Assembly (NCBI RefSeq): GCF_016432865.1
Contig: NC_067398.1
Coordinates: 83,452,001-83,516,000 of the forward strand
Length of the DNA stretch: 64,000 nt
Source of the DNA: Antechinus flavipes
Taxonomy: Eukaryota
Direction of reading: 5' to 3'
The notes below the pieces were generated by a model, which saw nothing but the letters and a program-made list of their open reading frames with translations, ran no database searches and was not told the DNA's origin. How positions within the stretch are numbered: position 1 is the first letter of the stretch; every line of letters starts with the position of its first letter. This document shows, piece by piece, positions 11,764 to 20,900 of this stretch. Position numbers and translations under genes: made by a program.

Positions 11764-14700
11764 ATGAACGGGGGCTGCTCTCTGGTGGCTTGGGCCACCC
11801 TATGTCTGGTGGGGGGTTGGGCCACCTCGCGGCGTCTAGGCCGCCCCTTCACTGCAGTGTGGAACGTGCCCACAGCCCGATGCCAAACCCGCTTTGGCCA
11901 GCCCCTGCCCTTGGAGGCCTTTGGCATCGTGTACAACCAGGCCCAGCATTTCCAGGGCCAGAACGTTACCATCTTCTACAAGAACCAGTTTGGCCTTTAC
12001 CCCTACCTGGGGCCAACAGGGGTCATCCACCATGGAGGTGTCCCCCAGGCTGTTCCCTTGCAGAAGCACCTCACCCTGGTTGCCAGCCAGATCTCTGGCC
12101 TCATGCATAAGGGCTTCAGGGGCTTAGCTGTGCTTGACTGGGAAGAGTGGCACCCACTCTGGAACCGGAACTGGGGACGCCACAGGATCTATCAAAAGGC
12201 GTCTCAGGCCTGGGCCCAGCAGCAGTGGCCGGATCTGCCTCCTAAGCAGCAGCGTCTAGAAGCTCGGGCTGCCTTTGAGAGGGCTGCTCGGGCACTGATG
12301 GAGGATACCCTGAGGCTGGGGCAGGCACTTCGTCCTGGGGGGCTGTGGGGTTTCTATCGATTCCCTCTCTGCCGAAGCCCCCGGCCAGGCAGGCACAATT
12401 ACACTGGGAAGTGCCAGAAGGCAGACAAGACCTACAATGACCAGTTGCGCTGGCTTTGGGAAGCCTCTAGTGCTCTCTTCCCCAGCATCTACCTCCCACC
12501 AGGCTTGCCTCGAGTCTATCGAAAGGGCTATGCACGACATCGGCTGGAAGAGGCTTTCCGAGTGGCCCGGTTTGCACATCCACGTGCTCTGCCCGTGCTG
12601 GCCTATACCCGCCTCACTCACCTTGGCTCTGGGCGGTTTCTGTCCCAGGTGAGCTTTTGATCTGAGGGGAGTTCTAGTCCCAATCTTCAGGGAGCTTTCA
12701 GAGGCCCTGGTCTGAGGAGGGAACCAGGGGGCGCAGGGGGCGCAGGGTGGGGGGAGGACAGGGAGTTTGACTAGAATCAAGAGACAAGGATGGCTTAGCA
12801 ATATCTCTCCCTTCCCAGAATGATCTGGTTCAGACCATTGGAGTAAGTGTAGCCCTGGGGGCAGAAGGCATCATCCTCTGGGGTAACCTCTCTTTTTCCA
12901 GTTCTGGGGTAAGTGCTTCTCTGTATTCTCTCAGAATTTCCATTTCTATTCTTAGTGCCCTCGCCTCAAAGGCCAGATCTAGGATCCTAGATTTATTTAT
13001 TTATTTAAATAATCTTTTTTTTTTTCCCAATCACAAGTAAAGGTAGTTTTCAATATTCATTTTTTAAAATAAGATTTTGAGTTCCACGGTTTTCTTTCTT
13101 CTCTCCCCCTTCCCCAGGACAATAAGCAATCTGATTTAGGCTATATGTGTATCATATTAAACATTTCCACATTAGTCATGTTGTGAAAGAAGAATTGGAA
13201 CAAAGGGAAAACATTTTTTAAAATTGAAAATAGTATTCTTCAATCTACATTCAAAATCCCCATCTTTTGCTTTGGATGTGGGTAGCATTTTTCATCTCAA
13301 GTGTTGGGAATTGTCTTGGATCACTATTGCTGAGAACTAAGTTTATCATAGTTGATCATCACACAATGTTACTGTTACTATTGCTGAGAAGAACTAAGTC
13401 TATCATAATTGATCACCACAGTGTTACTGTATACAATGTTCTATTACTGTTACCGTGTACAATGTTCTCTTGCTTCAGTTTCTTTCCCTCTATATCAGTA
13501 GAAGCTTAGATTAGAGCTGGAAGCAATTTTTGTTTGTAGCCATCTAGGCTAATTCCTTCAATTTATAGCTGAGGAAGTGAAATCCTGAAGGGGTAACTGC
13601 TGAATGTTACTGAGGTTGTGAGTGGGAGAACTGGAATTTAAACTTGGTCTTTAATTCCAAATCCCATTCTCTTTCCTCTGTACCATACTCCTGAGGAAAT
13701 CTAAGTTTCCTACTAATAACTGGGTAACACTGGCTAATGCACTTCCCTTTATAATCCCTGATTTTCTCCTGTTCTATCTTAACACAAGAGTTGAATTAGG
13801 TGGTCACTATAAGATCCATTCCAATAATTGATATTCTTTTGTTTCTTCCCATTGTAAGACTAGGAGGACTATTATCTGATCATGAATGAAGGGTTTAGGA
13901 GAGTTGGTCCTAGGACTAAGCATCCAGAGACTCAGTTCTGTTTGGGATGATGTCTCCCTTTTCTTTTTCTTCTTTTTAAAATTTATAATAATAGCTTTTT
14001 ATTTTTCAAAATATATGCAAAAATAGTTTTCAACATTCACTCTTACAAAACCTTATGTTCCAAATTTTTTTCCCTTCCTCTCCCCACCTCCTTCCCTAGG
14101 CAACAAGTCATCCAATATACTTTAAACATGTGCAAACATATTTAAACTTCTAAACATATTTCCACATTTATCTTGTTGCACAAGAAAAATCAGATCAAAA
14201 GGGGAAAAAAATGAGAAGAAAAAAACAAGCAAGCAAACAAGTGAAAATACTATGTTGTGACTTATATTCAGTCCCCATAGTCTCTCTCTGAATGCAGATG
14301 GCTCTCTCCATCACAAGACTATTGGAACTGGCCCTAATCACCTTATTGTTGAAAGAGCCAAGTCTATCACAATTGATCATAAAGTAATGTTGTTGTTGCT
14401 ATGTGTAGTGCATTCTTGATTCTGTTTTCTTCACTTAACATCAGTTCATGTAAGTCTTTCCAAGCCTTNNNNNNNNNNNNNNNNNNNNNNNNNNNNNNNN
14501 NNNNNNNNNNNNNNNNNNNNNNNNNNNNNNNNNNNNNNNNNNNNNNNNNNNNNNNNNNNNNNNNNNNNNNNNNNNNNNNNNNNNNNNNNNNNNNNNNNNN
14601 NNNNNNNNNNNNNNNNNNNNNNNNNNNNNNNNNNNNNNNNNNNNNNNNNNNNNNNNNNNNNNNNNNNNNNNNNNNNNNNNNNNNNNNNNNNNNNNNNNNN

Positions 14701-16236
14701 NNNNNNNNNNNNNNNNGTTACACAGTTAGGAAATGTTAAGTGTCTGAGGTCACATTTGAACTCAGGTCCTTCTGACTTCAGGGCTGGTGATCTATCCACT
14801 GTGCCACCTAGCGGCCCCCTGATCGTTTGTGTGTGTGTTTTTTTTTTTTAAATAGCATTTTATTTTTCCAAATACATGCAAAGATAGTTTTCAACATTCA
14901 CCTTTGCAAACTCTTGTGCTCCAAATTTTTCTCATTTTCTTTCCCTCCCCACTCCCCAAGCCAGCAAGCAATCTAACATAGGTTAAATATGTGCAATTCT
15001 TCTAAATATGTTTTCACATTTGTCATGTTGTGCAAGAAAAGTCAGATGAAAAAGGAAAAAAAAAAACAAGCAACAAAAGATAAAAAAAACAAAACAAAAC
15101 TATTATTTGATTCATCTTCCATCTCTATAGTTTTCTCTCTTGTTGTAGATGGCACTTTCTATCACAAGTCTATTAGAATTGTCTTGAATTACCACATTGC
15201 TAAAAAGAGCCAACTACATCATAGTTGATCATCATAAAATCTTCTTGTTACTATGTACAATATTATCTTGGTTCTGCTCACTTCACTTAGCATCAGTTCA
15301 TGTAAGGATTGGCTTTATTCTTGATCTCCTCATCAAACAAGGCCATCAATTCTTTTTTGCCTCAGTTCTTATCCAGCCTTTAATTATTTTTTTATTATAG
15401 CTTTTTATTGACAGAACATATGCAAGGGTAATTTTTGCAACATTGTCCCTTGCACTCACTTCTGTTCCAACTTTTCCCTTCCTTCCCCTAGATGGCAAGC
15501 AGTCTGTTACATGTTAAACATGTTAAAGTATATCTTAGATACAATATATGTGTGCACATCCCCCCGATCACTTCTTATAGAACAATAGTATTTCATTACA
15601 ATCATATGCCATAACTTATTTGGCCATTCCCCAACAGATGAGCATCCACTCACTTTCCAGTTCCTTGCCACTACAAAAAGGGCTGCACAAACATTTTTAC
15701 ACCTTTTCCCTCTTTGGGAAGCAGACCTGATAGGGACACTGCCAGATCAAAGGGTATGCAGTTTTATAGCTCTTTGGACACCATTCCAAATTACTCTCCA
15801 GAATGGTTGGATCAGTTCACAACTCCACTAACAATGCATTCATGTCCCAGTTTTCCCACATCCTCTCCAAAGTTGATCATTATCTTTTCCTGTTATGATG
15901 TCCCCTTCCTTTCTTTTTCTCTGAAGAATGAAGGATTTTTCTTTAATCTCCCATCCTCAGGAGCAGTGCAGGCTTCTCCAGAGCTATCTGTCAACCATCT
16001 TGGGCCCCTACTTAAGCAATGTAACTAAGGCTGCCCAGGTCTGCAGCCAGCAATTATGTCACAGCAATGGGCGCTGTGCCCGACTGGTACCCAGCAATGA
16101 TGACGTCTTCTTACACTTGGAACCAACACTGGGAGCCATCAAGAAAGACCCTGCCAAGTGGAACCATTTCCGATGTCTCTGTTACCCAGGCTGGAAAGGC
16201 TCCACCTGCAAATTTCCTGTACCTGGCACAGAATGA
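11764..16236 (+). CDS. HYAL3: Hyaluronidase-3 (GH56), 3 coding exons, 416 aa
   Basis: Acceptor cccctacag at 11740 and ATG at 11764. Exons 11764-12648, 12819-12908 ([30 protein letters not shown]; too short for the ORF track) and 15961-16236, all phase 0. Contains LDWEEWHP and the EGF-like C-terminus. Candidate AATAAA at 16570-16575. Confidence 0.95.
14469..14716. other. Assembly gap (248 N)
   Basis: Run of n between an L1 3' fragment and a SINE in the last HYAL3 intron. Confidence 1.
14717..14820 (-). mobile_element. WSINE1-type tRNA-derived SINE
   Basis: Reverse complement gives ggggccgctaggtggcacagtggatag...cctgagttcaaat...ctcagacacttaaca (A and B boxes). Confidence 0.75.
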
Positions 16237-17289
16237 AGGGTACCCTTGAGCCCTATCCCCATCGGGACTCCTGCTTGCAGCCACCTGTATCAGTCTTTAC
16301 CTTCTGAGCTTCTTTAAATTGTTCCCACTGGCCTCTCATTCTCCCCCACACCAAACAGATTGGTTGAGGTGGCCTTTTCCTGCCTGTTTCCTAATGGTCC
16401 CCCTCTGCCACGAGCCTAGTAATATTCCCCACCTTGCTCTGCTGTGCCAGAAACTACTGGCTTTGGGAACTGAATTTTTGATTTTGAACAAATTTCTTCC
16501 TATCCCCAAATGCCTCAAATTCCTCATCTTTTTAAGAGAATTGGAGTAAGAGCTCGTGCACACCTCAGAAATAAAAATCCTAATTTTACCGATGAAGAGC
16601 TCAGAGAGGGGAAAGAATTAAAGTCACATCTAGTTTTCCAGCCATATTTGAACCCAGGTCCTCTGATTCCAAATCGAACTTTTTTTTTCCTGCTGCACCG
16701 CAAAATGAGGGGATTGAATCAAATGACCTACAAGGTTCCTTCCAGCTTTTAAATCCTAAAAAAGTGTAATATTTGGGCTAGAGTTTAAAATGGCCCTATC
16801 CTCTGGCTTCTGGCTGACTCCCGCAGGGCAGCTGCATCCTGGATAGACCTTGAGTCACCTTCTTTGAACTTTGCCCCCCTGGATTCAAGGACCTCGAAGT
16901 GGGAACTGGTCCACCTGGGATTCAGGAGGTGGTTCTGAATTCTACCCAAATGCTACTGTTACGGAGTCAGTGTCACGGTGACTTAAATTCCACTGTTAGG
17001 CTGGCCCATAAACGCGTTTTCTTTCTCCTCTCTCCACGTGTGCTCGCTGATTTTATCCTCTGACCCAAGCGTAATTTTCTAGCTCTGACGTTTAGCTAGT
17101 CAGTTTTTTGTATCTTTCTGCCTCTTTTCTCAAAAGAATAATATTTTCACTATCTAATTCATAGGATTGTCATGGGAAACCACTCTGTAAACTTTGAGGT
17201 GCTACGAAAAGAGTTATTACTGAGGACATGTGGGGCTGCCTGTCACTCGGCAGTTTAAGAGTTAATTTAGGGCTGGGACTGGGGCATTG

Positions 17290-17900
17290 TGGTCTTTTTA
17301 GTTCGTGGGTCGCCTGGGGTCTCCATTTTCCCCTGGGGCGGGACTCCACTTCCCGAGATGCTCTGCTGCTTCGCGGGACAGGCAGAGCATCGCGCGGACT
17401 CCTGTGGAGATTGTGGTTCGGACCTCTCTGGAGGCCTGTAGGAATCATCGGGGCGGAGATCCTGGGGGACTCAGTATCCCAGCGGCCCTAGCGGTTCGGG
17501 CGGGACGGTGAAAGAGGTGGGACCAGCCAGGGGAGTTGAGCGAAGATGGTGGCGCGCGTGGCGTGCTGCCCCCGGCCTCTACCTGTCTTTTCGCGGCGCG
17601 CGCTGGCGCTGGCGCCCAGGAGCGCGAACTCCGACGCGAGTCCCCGCCGGCTCTGACCCCGCGCCCCCGCGCGCCGCTTGCCTGGCCCGGCATGCCCCGC
17701 GCCCGCAAGGGACACGCGCTCCGGAGGGGAGGACAGCGCCGAGGTGGGGGTGAGTGCGAGGGTCCGGGGGCGGAGCCTGGGAGCTGGGGGCGGAGCGTGA
17801 GGATGGGGCGGGGCTTGGGGAAGGGTCGCGGGGGGAGGGGTCTCAGGGTACATAACTTAACGAAAGGAGCTGGGGACAGAATGAGGAGGGGGCTGAAGAA
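17290..17900 (+). promoter_or_regulatory. CpG island and promoter of IFRD2
   Basis: Very high CpG density (gcgcgcg runs) around exon 1. E-box CACGTG at 17035-17040 upstream. Confidence 0.85.
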
Positions 17901-20900
17901 TCTAGGGGCTTGAGCGGGCTGAGGGGATGAGGCACTGGGGGCTCTGAAGGACTGAGGAGGGGCACAGATGATGCGGGAGTTTGGGGGGTCTGGACAGGGC
18001 CACAGTGTGGTGAGGGTTTTGGGGGGTCTGAAGGACGGGGCCACAGTGTGGTGAGGGTTTTGGGGGGCTCTGAAGGACGGGGCCACAGTATGGTGAGAAC
18101 AGGGCTGGGGTGAGGGTTTTGGGGGGCTCTGAAGGACGGGGCCACAGTGTGGTGAGAACAGGGCTGGGGTGAGGGTTTTGGGGGGCTCTGAAGGACGGGG
18201 CCACAGTATGGTGAGAACAGGGCTGGGGTGAGGGTTTTGGGGGGCTCTGAAGGACGGGGCCACAGTGTGGTGAGAACAGGGCTGGGGTGAGGGTTTTGGG
18301 GGGCTCTGAAGGACGGGGCCACAGTGTGGTGAGAACAGGGCTGGGGTGAGGGTTTTGGGGGGCTCTGAAGGACGGGGCCACAGTGTGGTGAGAACAGGGC
18401 TGGGGTGAGGGTTTTGGGGGGCTCTGAAGGACGGGGCCACAGTGTGGTGAGAACAGGGCTGGGGTGAGGTTTTGGGGGTCTGAAGGACGGGGCCACAGTA
18501 TGGTGAGAACAGGGCTGGGGTGAGAGTTTTGGGGGGTCTGAAGGACGGGCCCACAGTGTGGTGAGAACAGGGGTAGGGTGAGAGTTTTGGGGGGTCTGAA
18601 GGACAGGGCCACAGTATGGTGAGGGTTTTGGGGGGTCTGAAAGACGGGGCCACAGTATGGTGAGAACAGGGCTGGGGTGAGGGTTTTGGGGGTCTGAAAG
18701 ACGGGCCCACAGTGTGGTGAGAACAGGGGTAGGGTGAGAGTTTTGGGGGTCTGAAGGACAGGGCCACAGTATGGTGAGGGTTTTGGGGGTCTGAAAGACG
18801 GGGCCACAGTATGGTGAGAACAGGGCTGGGGTGAGGTTTTGGGGGCTCTGAAGGATGGGGCCACAGTGTGGTGAGAACAGGGCTGGGGTGAGGGTTTTGG
18901 GGGTCTGAAAGACGGGGCCACAGTATGGTGAGAACAGGGGTAGGGTGAGAGTTTTGGGGGGCTCTGAAGACGGGGCCACAGTGTGGTGAGAACAGGGCTG
19001 GGGTGAGGGTTTTGGGGGGCTCTGAAGGACGGGGCCACAGTGTGGTGAGAACAGGGGTAGGGTGAGGGTTTTGGGGGGTCTGAAGGACAGGGCCACAGTA
19101 TGGTGAGGGTTTTGGGGGGTCTGAAAGACAGGGCCACAGTATGGTGAGAACAGGGGTAGGGTGAGAGTTTTGGGGGGCTCTGAAGGACGGGGCCACAGTG
19201 TGGTGATAACAGGGCTGGGGTGAGGGTTTTGGGGGGCTCTGAAGGACGGGGCCACAGTGTGGTGAGAACAGGGCTGGGGTGAGAGTTTTGGGGGGCTCTG
19301 AAGGACGGGCACATTATGAGCAGGGCAAGGGTGGAATGAGGGGCTTAGGGAGGGAGGTCTAGAGGACTATGAAACGAGGTACAACATGCTCAAGACACTG
19401 GTGGTGTGGTCAGTTTGGGGGTCCAGATCCCTGTGAATATGTTCAGAATAGAGATGATGTAAGAGGGCTTGGGGGAGGGGGAGTGTCTAGACCAGTGCTG
19501 CTTAAACTTTTTCCACTTAATGAACAACCCCTTTTTCACCTGAAAAATGTTTACAGGACCTTGAGATAAAATAGATTTACAAATCAAACATTTACTGATA
19601 ATAAACCATAATTTCGCACCCCCACATTCAGTTATAAGATCTCCTGTGGGGTCCCAAGCCACAGTTGAAGAAACTGGGTTTAGAGGAGTGTAGGATCAGG
19701 GCAGGCTTGGGGAATCTGGGTGAGGGAGTTGGGGAGGGTTCGAGAGAGGGGAAGTTGGGGTCTTGGCGTCTCTGGGATCCTCTGGGCAAGTGTGAGAGGG
19801 CTGTGCAAAGGAGGGGGGACAGCCTGGTGTTATGGGTGTGTGAAGGGGAGGGAGGCTCAGGCTCTTGGGGTGTAGAGAGCAGTTAGCTAGGACTTTGCCC
19901 AGGAGTGAGAACTGAGTGAGGCAGACAGCCCAGGGGCCCGTGGGAAGCCGCAGGGAACCCCCAGATCTTCCTTGGAGTCACCGGTCTCCTTCCGCAGGGG
20001 AGGAGGTAGCCCTCCCTCCCCGCTCTCTCCTTTTCTGTCCACCCCTCCTCCTCTCCAGAGGTATCATGTAGCTTCTCAGTTCTAGGCTTCTGGGCACATG
20101 CCCATGGAAAACAGAGCCACGTGGATCCTGAACTTCAGCCTTTTTTCTGGGCCTGGTGCAGAGGAAGGACCCGTGGCCTGGGAGGCAGGACACCTGGCTT
20201 GTAGCGTTAGCTTTGTCTATACACTTTTTCCTTCTCATTGGGCATCTTTGTGAAGGAAGGGGACTTGCAGGTCGTGTCTCAGGAGACGTTAGAACTGTGC
20301 TTGAGGGCCAGACTCTCCTAACATTCCCTGCCTTTTTTTTCTGGTCATTCCTACCCAGGTCACTTTTGCCCTCAGCACTTGACCTTTTAATAACAACCTT
20401 AAAAGGTTTGCAAAGGCTCACCACAGCCATGGGAAGTAAGGGGTTATCCCCGTTTTACAAATGAGGAAACTGAGGTTTAGAGAGAGGAAGTCACACGTCA
20501 GCTAGTGAATGTCGGAGCCCTTCTTTTCATTATGATTACACAGCTGGTAAAGGCAGAATTAAGTCTTGGACTCTGATCTTTTGAATTAAATTTTCTTTCT
20601 TATCCAAGTCCCTTCCCGCTTGTTGGGAAACTTGCTAGACCAGGTCTGCCTCTGGCGTGCAGTATTAGCTCCCCGGCCTTCAATGATCCCTAATCCTTTC
20701 AGGGGTGGGGCCCAGGAAACAGATCCCTGGTTGATAGAGAAGGAAAGTGGGAGCCTTTGTGGCAGGTGTCTGGGAGCAGGTCCTGGAAGCTTTGCTTCTT
20801 TCCTCCTAGGCTGTCACAGAGCCAGCAAGGCGTCTCCCTACCTTATCGCGTTTGCTGGAAAGCCTGTGAAATGTGATAATTAGGGCTTTTGGCAGTCCAA

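Larger units (their letters stand above)
13005..15900 (-). mobile_element. Stack of four L1 3'-end fragments (about 13005-13500, 13960-14468, 14835-15345, 15375-15900)
   Basis: Each begins with a T-rich tail followed by the same ...tagttttcaacattcac/cattgtcccttgcac... motif, in the same orientation. Confidence 0.65.

Noticed and set aside
14717-14820. tRNA gene (A/B boxes)
   Set aside because: It is the tRNA-derived head of a SINE followed by CORE/tail sequence, with no cloverleaf.
17976-19313. Repeat array as a possible CRISPR
   Set aside because: It has no unique spacers and no cas genes, and it sits in a eukaryotic intron; it is a minisatellite.
17445-19314. Three minus-strand ORFs of 470-583 aa
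   Set aside because: They are translations of the VNTR, whose C-rich strand has no stop in any frame; the proteins are pure repeat.
19900-20880. SECIS element downstream of the TGA-rich frame
   Set aside because: Manual inspection of minus-strand ATGA/GTGA sites found no core with an 11-13-bp helix, AA loop and GA pair. A computational search is still needed.
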